From Heteronotia binoei (lineage: Eukaryota), in the NCBI RefSeq assembly GCF_032191835.1, contig NC_083223.1, positions 20,212,001 through 20,276,000 of the forward strand: a DNA stretch of 64,000 nt, given 5' to 3'. The stretch's first letter is position 1, and every line of letters begins with the position of its first letter. Positions 46,233 to 59,314 of this stretch are shown one piece after another. A model generated the notes under the pieces. That model saw nothing but the letters and a program-made list of their open reading frames with translations, did not search any database and was not told the DNA's origin. The position numbers were made by a program, and so were the translations under genes.

Positions 46233-46381
46233 GGTGTGAGCCTGCTTGCCCCCTCCTCAGTTATTGTGCGGTGACAGTAGCATGATGCATAACTCATCCC
46301 ACACCATGACCATAGAGAAGATTGTGGATGAAAGGGATGAAAGTATTAACTCCATAATTCACAGAATAATTTACTTACAAG

Positions 46382-46561
46382 CAGGGCTTTTATGTAGCAG
46401 GAACTCCTTTGCATTTGGCGCCACACACCCCTAATGTAGCCAATCCTCCAAGAGCTTAAAGTAGGCCCTGCAGTAAGAGCCCTGCAAAGTCTTAGAGGAG
46501 TGGCTACACCTGGGGTGTGTGGCCCAATATGCAAAGGAGTTTCTGCTACAAAAAAGCCCTG
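46382..46561. mobile_element. Palindromic hAT MITE
   Basis: TSD CTTACAAG/CTTACAAA. Confidence 0.86.
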
Positions 46562-46669
46562 CTTACAAAAGGAAAAACAAGGTGCAAAGCAACTGCATTT
46601 ATTTCTAGTTCTATGACCTTTTCAATCCTTGTAATCATTTTTAGACACAACGCCCTTATAATATCATGA

Positions 46670-46860
46670 TGGAAAGTGCCACCAAATCACAGCTGACATG
46701 GTGACCCCGTGAGGTTTTCAAGGCAAGAGGCATTCAGAGGTGGTTTGCCATTGCCTGCCTCAGCATAGCAACCCTGGACTTACTTGGTGGCCCCCCCATC
46801 CAAGGACTAACCAGAGCCAATCAGCTCAGCCTCTGAGATTTGTGCCATGAAGGTCAGGGC
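46670..46860 (-). mobile_element. 5S-rRNA-derived SINE relic (also about 16232-16290)
   Basis: CCCATCCAAGGACTAACCAGAGCC..CAGCTCAGCCTCTGAGAT resembles the reverse complement of the 5S internal promoter region. Confidence 0.55.
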
Positions 46861-46900
46861 ACCATCAATATCTACAGAGCAAGAAGAGCCATGATCTTAC

Positions 46901-46990
46901 TTTGTCCCCTTGGATGGCGATGGTCCCTTTTTCTTGCTGCTGTGGGGTACCTCCTTGAGGACCTGGAGGGCCCATGACTCCCCGTTCACC
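46901..46990 (-). CDS. COL4A1: Collagen IV exon (E13-eq, 90 nt) GERGVMGPPGPQGGTPQQQEKGTIAIQGDK
   Basis: ctctag acceptor, gtaaga donor. Confidence 0.92.
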
Positions 46991-47794
46991 CTAGAGATAT
47001 CACAAACGAGAAAATCAGCATTCAGCGTTGAAGTCGACATAGCATAGCCCGAAAAGGAATACTGAGGGGAAAAGAAATACAATTAAACTCTTCTACTCAC
47101 TTCAAAATTTATTTTTTTAAAAAAAGATTCAAGCAAGAATTGAGATACAAATAACGTGGAAAGATCAAATTAAGTCAGACCGAGCTTGTCTTTTCATCCT
47201 GTATGATTGTGATCCAAGAGACTCTGGTCTTTTAAAATAATGGCAACGGATTTTTTTTTTTAAATAAGGATGGTTATAACAAGTTTTATTTATTTATTAC
47301 ATTCAATTTATATCCCGCCCTCTCCGCAAGCGGACTCAGCTTATACAAAAGAAGCTATTTTTAGGAGGGAAGTTATGTTGGTCTGCAGCAGAAGATCTTC
47401 ATTTGGGTCCAGGAACACCCTAAAAATTAGCACGATTGTGGGGGTATATCAGAGGGAAGGAGCTTTAACTCTCAAAAGCTTATCCTGTGAGCGCCTGCTG
47501 AATCTGAGGCCCGAGTCAATCCATCTATCCCACTATTATCTATGACAGCAGGCTGTAACACATCATTGTCTCCGTACAGAAAAGAGCTTCCCAAGCACCT
47601 GATACTTTATTTGTCAGTGCTGGGGACTGAGTTTGGAAGTTCTGTATGCAAAGCTGCTGATAAACACTGCTAGGTGTTCGTCCCACGTCTGGCAATGGAC
47701 TCATCAGGAACCTTGGGCAAATTATGATCTCTCTGTTGGAAGAGGGGTTAGGGATAAATGGAGCTAGGTTAGAGTTTGAAGAGGTAGCTTCACA

Positions 47795-48263
47795 CAGGCT
47801 TCAGATTCAGCAGGAGCTCAAAGGAGCACAGCTCCTGAACCTTTCTGAGAGTTCCCCCTCTTCCTCCCCACCTACCTTGTCCATTGAATAGTGGGTGCAG
47901 CTGCATAATAATCCCTGGGTTAGGAGATTGGGCAGCCAACCAGCCACCAGTGGCTTTGCCATGCCCCCAGCAGCCCTCATTAACCCCTGGAGAAGCCCAC
48001 ACCACCCTTTTCCCACTTCTTATGTGATTTTGGGTGGTGGGTGGTTTGCTGGCCTTTTGACTGGGGGTGGGGGCAGCTGAGGAAAGCCCCAGGCAAGTGA
48101 GGCCTGCTTGGGCTGGATGGATCTCTAGCCAGCCCAAGCAGGCCTCGCTCACCCGGAACGCTCCTTTCTTGCATTGGGTTGCTTTCGGCTGGTAGGGGGT
48201 GGCATATGCTAATGAGTTATGCTAATGAGCTCTGCCACCTACTTTTCTACAAAACAACCCCTG
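47795..48263 (+). mobile_element. Non-autonomous hAT element (469 bp, internal hairpin)
   Basis: Perfect TSD GCTTCACA; CAGGC...CCCCTG ends. Confidence 0.85.
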
Positions 48264-48866
48264 GCTTCACATACTAATAGTAAGGATGGACAGGAATCAA
48301 CCTCAATCATTTTGATAGAAAGTGAAAGATATGCAGAATATACACATTTTTTTGTTGTTGTTGTAGGCAACAGCACTCACTCCGAGGCATGCCTGCTGCT
48401 CCTTTAAAAACTTGCCAGATAATTTCGGAGAAAATAAAATCGAGGTACCTTCAAGATCAGTAAATATCACTATTCCCTAAAAACCTTTCTCCTTTCCTCC
48501 CTCCATTTCTTAGTTAGCTCTTGTGTGCATTTTGGTTTTATTCTTCTCTTTTGATAAAAAATCTTACCAGTTGAACATCTGCCTGGTTTATCTGAGTGTT
48601 CTCTTAAAGGGAAAAGTCCTGGTTTACATTGGTGGAGATCCCAGTTATACCCGCCTCTTGCTCTGTCTCCTTTAGCTAATCCCCCCAAGTTAACGGGAGA
48701 CTGCCCTCTTCGGGTATCACAGTGATGTATTAACCCAATTCTTGCAAGTGTCTGTTTGCTATTAGGGCAGAAGTGCAACCTCAGACTTAAAAAAAACAAA
48801 AACCTCAGTCTGTATCTTCACTGAATTAAATAAAACCCAGCAGAAATGACCAATCATTTATAGAAG

Positions 48867-49048
48867 CAGGGCTTTTTTTGTAGCAGGAACTCCTTTGCAT
48901 ATTAGGCTACACTCCCCTGATTTAGCCAATCCTCCAAGAGCTTACAGGGCTCTTCTTACAGGGCCTACTGTGAACTCTTGGAGGATTGGCTACATCAGGG
49001 GGGTGTAGCCTAATATGCAAAGGAGTTCCTGCTACAAAAAAAGCCCTG
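48867..49048. mobile_element. Palindromic hAT MITE (a second copy follows at about 49107-49288)
   Basis: Perfect TSD TATAGAAG. Confidence 0.9.
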
Positions 49049-49522
49049 TATAGAAGGAAACTCGGTCAGCATCCTTCCAGCAAGGGACTCATTTTCTTTG
49101 AAGGTAGTGGGCTCTTTTTGTAGCAGGAGCTCCTTTGCATATTAGGCCACGCACCCTTGATGCAGTCAATCCTCTTGGAGCTTACAGCAGGCCCTGTACT
49201 AAGAGCCCTCTAAGCTCTTGGAGGATTGGCTACATCAGGGGGCCATGGCCTAATATGCAGAGGAGCTCCTGCTACAAAAAGAGCCCTGCCGGGTACCTGA
49301 GCCTTTTAAAAAACTGGTTGCTGTCCAGACATCCCGCAGCAAAGAACCACATCAGGCAGGGTCACTCTTTGAAGGCTGAGTGGTTGACCAGCATTTGAGG
49401 TCCAGCTAGACTCAGAGGTGAGCCCACAGCAAAAGGGTGAGCTTTGCAAGCACTCCAACTGCAGGCTCTTCCCAGCTGCCACAGCAAGTATAGATGAATG
49501 GCTTTCAAATGGACAAGCTTAC

Positions 49523-49564
49523 CTTTTCACCTTTTGGTCCTTGGAAACTTAAGCCCATATGGCC
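49523..49564 (-). CDS. COL4A1: Collagen IV exon (E12-eq, 42 nt) GHMGLSFQGPKGEK
   Basis: ttgcag acceptor, gtaagc donor. Confidence 0.94.
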
Positions 49565-49700
49565 CTGCAACAGAGAGAGGAAGCATTTTAGCAGGAAGAA
49601 AGCCCACTTGAGATATGGTCCATTTTGTTTTCGGACACATTCTTATACTTAGCTTCTCAGTTGACAGGTTCAGAAATGGAGAATCTGTTATTATAAAAAC

Positions 49701-49847
49701 CAGGGGTGGAATTCTAGCAGGTGCTCCTTTGCATATTAGTCTCCACCCCCCTGATGTAGCCAATTCTCCAAGAGCTTACAAAAAAGAGCCTACATCGGGG
49801 GGTGGGGCCTAATATGCAAAGGAGCTCCTGCTAGAATCCCACCCCTG
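49701..49847. mobile_element. Palindromic hAT MITE (internally deleted)
   Basis: Perfect TSD ATAAAAAC. Confidence 0.88.
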
Positions 49848-50539
49848 ATAAAAACAGCAGCAATGTGTTGTCATCTGAGGGATACGGACAGCCTGTACTG
49901 TGTACTCTGGGGATCCCCACCTTTTTGAGCCCGTGGCCCTCTTTGGAATTCTGGCCCAAGGCGGTGGGAGCGAGAACAAAATGGCTGCCCTGGGAGGCAC
50001 AGCCACAGGGATACCCAGAGGAAATTCAAGTTCAGAGCAGAAGGGATTCTAAAAAATACACTGGGAAAAGAGAAATAAAACTAGCTGCTGTTGAAACAAA
50101 GTTGTTTTAATCTGCACAGACAATCGGATCTCCAATGTCTTATTGGAAGCTATGCTGTTAGGCCTGGCTCTCCTTCAACAATAACGACTCTCCATTTTCA
50201 GGATTAGTGTTTATTATAAGGCAGGATACAGTGACACGGACTTGAGTCAGTGTCGAAACAGGTATATAGGTTCAGGTGGGTTTGTTATATATTATCATAG
50301 TGACCATTACATGCGCACCTTTTGGTTCAGGTGTGAGATTAGTTAAAACTTCTGTTACAATTCAAGCATTCTCACACTACAAGTTATATTATCATCTATT
50401 TTTAATTCTGGGGTTTCCCCATTAATAACTTTGTAGTATTTTATCTATGCTGGTCTTTGACTGTACAATAAATTAAACTAAATACACAGCTCCTCGTTAC
50501 ATGAAGCTGCCTTATACCATGCTCTGTCAATATCTAGAT

Positions 50540-50721
50540 CAGGGCTTTTTTTGTAGCAGGAACTCCTTTGCATATTAGGCCACACATCCCTGATGTAGCC
50601 AATCCTCCTGGAGCTTACAGTAGGCCCTGCACTAAGAGCCTTGCAAGCTCTTGGAGGATTGGCTGCATCAAGGGTGTGTGGCCTAATAGGCAAAAGAGTT
50701 TCTGCTACAAAAAAAGCCCTG
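50540..50721. mobile_element. Palindromic hAT MITE
   Basis: TSD ATCTAGAT/ATCCAGAT. Confidence 0.87.
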
Positions 50722-50825
50722 ATCCAGATCAATATTGCTTGCTCTAACTGGCAGCAGCTCTCCAGTGTCTCAGGCTGAGGACCCTCACATGGCCCCTTAC
50801 CTGGTTCTTTAAACCGGAGAATCAT

Positions 50826-51262
50826 ATAATAGAATCATAGAGATGGAAGGGACCTCCGGGGTCATCTAGTCCAACCTCCTGCACAATGCAGGAAACTCAT
50901 AAAAACCTCCCCCTATATTCACAGGATCTTCATTGCTGTCAGATGGTCATCTAGCCTCTGTTTAAAAACCTCCAAGGAAGGAGAGCCCACCACCTCCTGA
51001 GGAAGCCTGTTCCATTGAGGAACCGCTCTAACGGTCAGGAAGTTCTTCCTAATGTTGAACTGGAAACTCTTTTGATTTAATTTTAACCCGTTGGTTCTGG
51101 TCCTACCTTCCGGGGCCACAGAAAACAATTCTACACCATCCTCTATATGACAGCCCTTCAGGTACTTGAAGATGGTGATCATATCACCTCTCAGCTGCCT
51201 CCTCTCCAGGCTAAACACCCCCAGCTCCTTCAACCTTTCTTCATAGGACTTTGTCGTCCTCC
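50826..51262 (-). mobile_element. CR1 LINE 3' fragment
   Basis: YEERLKELGVFSLERRQLRGDMITIFKYLKG...FKQRLD. Confidence 0.9.
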
Positions 51263-51404
51263 TCTGAGATGCCAAGGATAGAATCTGGAACCTTCTGCAT
51301 GCCAAGCAGATGCTCTCCCATTGATCCATAATTTCCCTAAGGAAATGGGTGCCTAGGAAAATGTGTTTCAAAATATTTGCATTCTTGATTGAGTTTATCC
51401 TTAC

Positions 51405-51440
51405 CTTCTCCCCTTGTACACCAGTTGGCCCTGGAGGACC
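51405..51440 (-). CDS. COL4A1: Collagen IV exon (E11-eq, 36 nt) GPPGPTGVQGEK
   Basis: ttgcag acceptor, gtaagg donor. Confidence 0.92.
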
Positions 51441-51984
51441 CTGCAAAAGAGGACATTTTGTTAATTCTACTGTTTATTAATTCTTTTCAGACTAGCCACT
51501 TCTTTGACAAAGAGCTACTTAATAAAAAGAGTCTTCATTTCCATTACATTTTTATTCCAGCCCACCTCTTCAGCTCAGAGCAACAGACCACATTCTCCCC
51601 ACAACAACCCTGTGATAGGCAGGTTAGAGCTAAGGGTTTAAAGACAAAGATTATATATCTGTTTTCTTTGCAGAATGCAAACAGAAAGCCCACACATCCT
51701 CTGTTTGCCTTGAAGTCTTGCTGGGCATGTAGAGGGGATTTGATGCTTCATCTTCTGCTCAGTTTTTTTACTCAAAACTAGCCCCCCATTCTACTCAATA
51801 GAATTTTAAAGGGGAGTCTTTTACAACTCCAGTATTTCCCCCTTTGAAATGCTAATACCAAAGCTGGGGGCTAGCCCCAACCATGATACCCGAGTCTCTA
51901 CTTTGGCTGTGGTCAGACAACAGGCTTAGAGCAGTCTGGCCACACCTCTAATTAATCCAAGTTTTTTTTGTAACAGAGAGTTTT

Positions 51985-52060
51985 GAAGAACAAGATGATA
52001 TTGGATTTATATCCCACCCTATACTCTGAATCTCAGAGTGATCACAATCTCCTTTACCTT

Positions 52061-52103
<43 letters not shown>

Positions 52104-52283
52104 CCTGTGAGGTGGATGGGGCTGAGAGAGCTCTTGAAGCAGCTGCCCTTTCAAGGACAACTCCTGCACGAGAGCTATGGCTGACCCAAGGCCATTCCAG
52201 CAGGTGCAAGTGGAGGAGTGGGGAATCAAACCCGGTTCTCCCAGATAAGAGTCCGCGCACTTAACTACTACACCAAACTAGCT
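51985..52283 (-). mobile_element. SINE family A with internal (CA)n expansion
   Basis: Full copy; (CA)n at about 52043-52098. Confidence 0.85.
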
Positions 52284-53092
52284 CTTGATCAGACATCCCA
52301 CTCTTAACTCACTTCACTGCGCATTCACTCTGTGGTTGATTGATCAGAGTTTTGCTGTGTGACAACCACCGAGTGGGCAGTCAGGCAGCTTTTAAAAATC
52401 ATTTGTCTTCTGAGCATGTGCGTAAGCATGTATTGGAAGCAGAACTTCAGACTCCTGGAAGGATGACAATGGCTGGTGGTTGATGGGATTGCTGCAGGAG
52501 GCTGCTGGGATATGTAGTGTAGCATGGGGGAAGTGTTCTTGAAACTGTGCTTTGGAGGTTTTCTTAAGAAAAGCACAGTCTTAAGTAACTCCCATGAGAG
52601 AGAGAGAGATGCCTGCAAACTGTCTATACAAAATAAACACACAGGCAATGACTGATGACCCAGGGATGATTAACTGTCCATTGCAATCTGATTTAAAGTG
52701 GAGGAGCAGAAATTGATAGGAAGGTTCACACTTCCCAACCAGCTTGAGTTCACAACAAGGGAGTGCTTGGGGGGGGGGGCAACAATGGGAGGGCTTCTAG
52801 TGTCCTGGTCCCACTGATGAACCTCCTGGCACCAGCTGTGTTTTTGGCCACTATGTGACACAGAGTGTTGGACTGGATGGGCCATTGACCTGATCCAACA
52901 TGGCTTCTCTTATGTACTTATGAGTTCAGACATCTGGAAATTTGGGATAAAGGGGTTAAAATCCGTAAAGACCGGACTTTCCCTGGTGCCTAATAACTCT
53001 GATTCGAAGGCAGGTCAGAATGGGGTGCCAATGACTGGGGAATAGGAGGCAGATGTTACTGTCTGATCATGCATTTTAAATCTGGAAGGGCA

Positions 53093-53477
53093 AGGAGGAT
53101 CGTTTATGCAATTTATTAGAAATCACCACAGATACCGAAGAGAGAAGAGTTTGTTCAAAAATTGCTTGAAACAGCAGAGTTATTCCTTTCAGTGAAATTG
53201 AAAGAAGGGAATATTAGAGATTGTAAAGAAACTTGGCAACCTTTATATGGTTGGTTGAAAATGGTATAATAGGTAAGAAAATGAAAGAAGCAGAAATAAG
53301 TGAATTGGGCCTAGGAACAAGTAGCAGTTAGAAACAGTATTGATGTAATATATTGTAAATAACAGGTTTGAACTCTTGCTCTCCAATTTATTGTTTAGCT
53401 ATTTTGTGTCATACTTGTATGTCTTTATATTTTTCTGTTATATGTTGGAAATAAAATATTTGAAATGGAAAAAAAAA
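53093..53477 (+). mobile_element. 5'-truncated L1-type LINE
   Basis: 16-bp TSD TAAATCTGGAAGGGCA at a TTTT/AAA site, AATAAA plus poly(A), ORF2-like end ETWQPLYGWLKMV*. Confidence 0.82.
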
Positions 53478-55126
53478 TAAATCTGGAAGGGCACAGTAAT
53501 GACCAGATCAAACTGCTTGTCTGACCACAACCTTAGTTTCCATATTCAAAATTGGGTTCCCTGCCACTCACCCACCCTTTTTTTCTCCACATGGTCCCAA
53601 GGCAACTTGAGGCTACATGAGGCTGTCATTTGCATTTCATGTGCATAATAAGATGTCTGTTCTTCATCTTGTTCGTTTGAGTCTTGGGAAAAAGTGGCTA
53701 GCCCAGTGGCTCCATGAGAGCTTCATGGGAATTTCAGTCCACTTTAGATTGCCCTGACTTGAGCTGGATTTCCACTGGATCTGCTCCAAACGGAGTTTGC
53801 ACAAGATTGAAACTGACAAACATTCATGATGCAAAAAGGCTGAGTCAGCTAGATCCTTGGAGAGCTGACCTGGCTTGAAGCCAGCCACGTAACATTCATT
53901 GCTTTGCTTCCTTTCTAAGCGACAGCTCAGAGAATAAACATCTTTGGGGAAAAGAGACTGAATCGCCACCTTTCTTGTTTATTCCCAATCGCTGTAATTA
54001 AATTTGCTGCACTGTCAAAGTCAGAGAGAGTGGCTTCAGGCCTACATTTACAGTGCCCACAATTTATGGTCCCCAGTGACCTACTTCCCCCCCCCCCCAT
54101 TTGTGTGAGTGGAGTGAACTTTCATACACCCAGGAACAAGAACAAAAGCAGCTGCAGATTGAGCAACCCAAGCTGGAGGCTGCTTAGACTCAACTCATGC
54201 CAACTGATTCTCCTCAACAAAGGAGGGAAACTCTGGAAGGAAAAGCCTGGTGGGTGCACCCACACTATAAATGAGTACAGTACAATAATCTGAATTTTGA
54301 GCATATTCTCTAATAAATCTTGTCACGATTCTAGGCCTAGTGTGGCCTACAGGCTCTAGGGAAGCCTGTGTTGGAGTTGCTAGTGGGCCTAAATCTCCCA
54401 GGATCCCTTCAGTCCCTCTGATTGGGTAGCAGAGTTTTGGAGGGAAAACTAGCCCAGAGGGATGGAACCTGGGAGGAAAGCATAAAAAAGGCTTGGCTGG
54501 AAAGGGAGGTTGTTCTCTCTGGAAAAGGCTGCAGGAGAGAAGGCAGCAGGAGATCTCCCTCACCCAAAGTGGATGGTGAATCTTTGGAGTTATAGCAAGC
54601 GAACATCTAGTCAGACACGTCAGGGCTTTTATTTATTTACACCAACCTTTACTATTTTCTATATTCACTGTGCACTAAATGTTTTTACTACTCACTTGTT
54701 CTAGATAGAGCACTTGTGGAAAATAACACTTCTGTCACTTAAACTTCAAGCAGATAGGTTTTTACTTTATTTGTATGCTATACTAAACTTAGATGTTCAG
54801 GATCTTAAATCTTTATGTATAATTTTAGTTGGCTTTTTCTTTTATAATATAATTGTATTGCCTCTTACTTGTTATTATCTGGATTCCTATGAACTGGTCT
54901 ATGGCCATTAAATAAATAAACACTTACAGTCAGTCACACACTCTCAGCCTAATCCACACGGTGATTGCGAGGATAAAATGGCGGAGAGAATGGAATGTCA
55001 GCTGCTTTGGGTCAATATTGGGGAGGAAGGAAGGGTATAAATGAAGTATGTCAAAATAAAAAAACAAAAGGAAGATGTACATGTTGCCAGAGCACTGTGA
55101 CTTTGGGTCAGCCATATACTCTTAGC

Positions 55127-55303
55127 CAGGGCTTTTTTTAGTAGGAACTCCTTTGCATATTAGGCCACACACCCCTGATGTAGCCAATCCTCCCAGAGCT
55201 TACAGGGCTCTTAGTACAGGGCCTACTGTAAACTCCAGGAGAATTGGCTACATCAGGGGTGTGTGGCCTAACCTGCAAAGGAGTTCCTGCTACAAAAGCC
55301 CTG
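55127..55303. mobile_element. Palindromic hAT MITE
   Basis: TSD CTCTTAGC/CTCTCAGC. Confidence 0.87.
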
Positions 55304-55584
55304 CTCTCAGCCTAACCTACCTCACAGGGTGATTGTGAGGATAAAAATGGAGGAGGACAGAACAACATAAGCTGCTTTGGGTAGAAAGGCAGGGAATCTT
55401 CAAAGCAAATAAATTACAAAATGGAGTGGAGAGCTTTAAAAAAAAACCCCAAAAACCCTATACACAAATCAGGACACTAAATTGGAACTGGAAACACTCC
55501 AAGTAATGAAGGCACTTGCATTCGGAGGTCACAGTGAACTGGAGCTTGCTCAGAAGAGGATTTTTGCCTCAAGCTCTGTGCAAG

Positions 55585-55869
55585 AGAGCCAGTTTGGTGT
55601 AGTGGTTAAGTGATTGGACTCTTATCTGGGAGAACCGGGTTTGATTCCCCACTCCTCCACTTGCAGCTGCTGGAATGGCCTTGGGTCAGCCATAGCTCTC
55701 ATAGGAGTTGTCCCTGAAAAGGCAGCTGTTGTGAGAGCCCTCTCAGCCTCACCCATCTCACAGGGTGTCTGTTGTGGGGAGAGAAGATACAGGAGATTGT
55801 AAGCCGCTCTGAGTCTCTGATTCAGAGAGGAGGGCAGGGTATAAATCTGCAGTCTTCTTCTTCTTCTTC
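55585..55869 (+). mobile_element. SINE family A
   Basis: Full copy with (TTC)n tail. Confidence 0.85.
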
Positions 55870-56565
55870 AGAATGAGGGGAGGGGGAAGGTGTGCAGAAG
55901 CACAGCAACCAGATCGGAGTTTGATTGCAGCTCGACTTCTGGACAGAGTCTATAAAGCTTAATTTGATGGAGGTATCATCAGTTTGCAAGTTCATTACAC
56001 GCATAGGAAGGCAGATTCCAGAGGGAGAGGTGGTGTTCCATGGGAGGAAAGGCTGAACACGAGCAACGTGCCCTTTGGGAATGGAGAGACTAGGCAGACA
56101 AGGTTTGCATTTAAATTGATTATTAACCAATATGATGCTCGGCGGGCTATTTTTAATGTGTAGGTTGAGTTGTAATTCTTCTATCTCTATGGGAACATGG
56201 GAGAAGTTGGTAGGCACTGCAGCTAAGGGGCCAGAGGTTAAAAACAAATAGATAGACAAAAGTACATGAGTTTATTCAGGGCTTTTTTTACCAGGAATGC
56301 ACAGGAATGCAGTTTTGGCTGGCTTTGCATCATAGGGTGTGACCTGGTGTGTCAGGGTGTGCAAATGAGTTCCTGCTGGGTTTTTTTCTATCAAAAAATC
56401 CTTGTACAGTTTATACAAAAATATATAAAAACCTTATAGGGGTCCAAATGAAGCCTCATAAAATCATCAAAGTGACAAATGCACATAGAAGATACATACT
56501 GATGTTATACTGGCCCTCATAAGGGGATTTCACTTTTAGCACCTAACCTGGAAGGTACATATTTG

Positions 56566-56736
56566 CAGGGGTGAAATTCTAGCAGGAGCTCCTTTGCATA
56601 TTAGGCCACACACCCCTGATGTAGCCAATCTTCCAAGAGCTTAGAAAAAAGAGCCTTGTAAGTTCTTGGAGGATTGGATACATCAGGGGTGTGTGGCCCA
56701 ATATGCAAAGGAGCTCCTGCTAGAATTCCACCCCTG
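56566..56736. mobile_element. Palindromic hAT MITE
   Basis: Perfect TSD CATATTTG. Confidence 0.9.
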
Positions 56737-57871
56737 CATATTTGCAATAGTATTTGATGTATATGTCATTGCTGCTAACATAAGGCCAGTTGCATTTGTG
56801 GCTTTCCAAAAAATGTGTCATTCATTTCCTTACTGGAGCATTCCATTTTGGGTCCTATATTAATTGTTCATTGATTTATAAGTGTAACTGGGACTTTGTT
56901 GTATTTTGACCTCTGAAGAAAGCCTCTGCAGGCCAAAAGGCATCAGGTCATCTATGCATCTTTCACATGCATTTGTTACTTTGATGATTTTATGAGGCTT
57001 CATTTGAGCCCTGGCAAGGTTTTTATATTTTCTTGTAATAAATATGTATACTTTTGTCTACAACTACTGCTGTGTACTTTTGTACTTTTGTCTACAACCT
57101 TTGGCCCCTTAGTATTCTAAACTTCCTTTGGAGGTTTTTGCTTGATTGCTTTATTTTCTCTTCTCCTCTCTTTATGGAGGCACTGAAGCTACCCTATGTT
57201 GAGAAATAAGCCAGCACTGCACTGCACTGCACTGATATAAACCAGACACTTATCTTTATAGGGAATGTAGCCACTTCAAGGGCCCACTGAGCCAAACGGT
57301 AGAGCACAAATATACAAATGAAAGACAGACTGTCCAGCTTCTGGCAATCAGCTGTAGTCTTGGGGCCCACTAAGAATTAGGGTGTATTTAAACCTAGGTA
57401 CAGTTTGCTTCCTATTGCTGATCACAGTAGCCAGTATTACAGGGCTGCAAGAGGTCAGCAGGTCACCATTCAAACCCCTGTAATGTATCACAAAAGGATC
57501 CAAATGCCAGCACGCAACAGCTCAGCCCACACAGTCTAGGCATCAATAACAACAACATTCACGGTGCAGAGAGCTGTGCTGAAGCACTGCCAAGCTTCTT
57601 GTTACAGGGGAAGTTTAAAGAGATCCACATCATACATTCTAGGGAATGTATCTAGTTTGCCCATACCTTTGTGTATTGGAGCTCTTTGGCTCTTAAATCA
57701 GATCTTTACTTGTTCCAGCCCCACACATGCTCTTTATCTTTTTGGGTGGTGGTGGTGGTGGGAAATTCAAATAAACTCCTTTGCTTTTAATTGGAACGAG
57801 AGTCACTTAAAGGGAAATCCTTTTTGAGCTCATTATATACCCCAGGAACTCTCAGCCCAGATGTAGCAAAG

Positions 57872-58048
57872 CAGGGGTGGAATTCTAGCAGGAGCTTCTT
57901 TGCATATTAGGCCGCCCCCCGCCCCCCCCGATGTAGCCAATCCTCCAAGAGCTCACAAGGCTCTTTTTTGTAAGCTCTTGGAGGATTGGCTACATCAGGG
58001 GTGTGTGGCCTAATATGCAAAGGAGCTCCTGCTAGAATTCCACCCTTG
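57872..58048. mobile_element. Palindromic hAT MITE
   Basis: Perfect TSD TAGCAAAG. Confidence 0.9.
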
Positions 58049-59050
58049 TAGCAAAGTAAGGAAGGGCTTGCTTGTCTATTCCCTTCCTTTCCTTCTTGCA
58101 ACTCCCCATGGTCTGCTGTCCAAGGTGCTGAAAGGGAAGACTCATGAAGCCAGAAGCACCTGAACTGATTAAGAGCAACATTCCAGCGGGTGGCAGTAGC
58201 ACCTCCTTCTTCTACTTGGCTGTTGGAGGATTTCAGCTCCTTTTCCCCTTGCATCTCAATTTGAGGCCACCCCCCCACCCCCATCATCACAGGATGACAC
58301 TAGGTGGTGCTGTGAGTACAGGTTAAATGTTTGGGTTGGACAGTACATCTGAAAATGAAAGGCAGATGGGTTTTTTAAAAGGTTTTATTGTTCGTTGTAT
58401 GTTTTAAATTTGGATTTGTGAGCCATTGTGAGCCACAAAGGAAAGATGGGGCATAAATATTTTAATAAATAAAGTGGGGTGCAGCTGTGGACACCACGGC
58501 ACTGCCAGAACATAGGAAGCTGCCTTATGCTGAATCAGACCCTTGGTCCATCAGAGTCAGTGCTGTCTACTCAGACTGGCAGCGGCTCTCCAGGGTCTCA
58601 AGCTGAGGTTTTTCACGCCTATTTGCCTGGACCCTTTTTAGTTGGAGATGCCAGAGATTGAATCTGGGACCTTCTGCTTACCAGATGCTCTACCACTGAG
58701 CCACTATCTCTCCCTGAAAAGGAGCCAACTCTGACCTAGTTAGTATGGATTCAAAAGTCAGGGTGAAGTTTATTTGGATCAGTAACCCTTCTAGGGTTAA
58801 TTTGCAGAGCACCATAAAACTGAATTTTGAACTCTTGTATTTCTGGAAGAATCAAAGCAACAGCTTCCTGTTCACTTTCTGCAATGCTGTCTATGACTTA
58901 ATTGACTTTTGTCCTGTTCTTCTATCCATGCCATCTCCCTTCTTTTTCTTTGCTCTTGAACTCCCAGAATCCTTTGGCAAATGCAGAGAAACACGGACTG
59001 GAATTAAGAATTATAGCTAACTGAATGCAAACAAGAATACTGAGACTTAC

Positions 59051-59113
59051 TGGTCTTCCTTGGGGTCCAGGTGGTCCGACAGGGCCTGGAATTCCTGGGG
59101 GTCCAGCTACTCC
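59051..59113 (-). CDS. COL4A1: Collagen IV exon (E10-eq, 63 nt) [21 protein letters not shown]
   Basis: aaatag acceptor, gtaagt donor. Confidence 0.92.
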
Positions 59114-59314
59114 CTATTTATGAAAAAGCAATTAAAATGGAAATTATATTAGGCAGTGCATTATCTCATCCATTGACTTAGGAAGTGAAGGCAGAACTAA
59201 ACAAGGGACAATCTTGAATGAGTTGAAACAGGTCTCACTGATGGAGAAGGGGCAAAACCATTCCCAGAAGAAACTAGGGTCATCTGGGGTAGCAGTTAGA
59301 CTTAGCCCCTAGCC

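Noticed and set aside
50919-51446. 175-aa ORF joining collagen E11 to a CR1 C-terminus
   Set aside because: Read-through past a strong GTAAGG donor into an intronic CR1 fragment; no sign of a real fusion.
54321-54930. TGTCACG start followed by LTR-like sequence
   Set aside because: No matching GTGACA end or TSD found.
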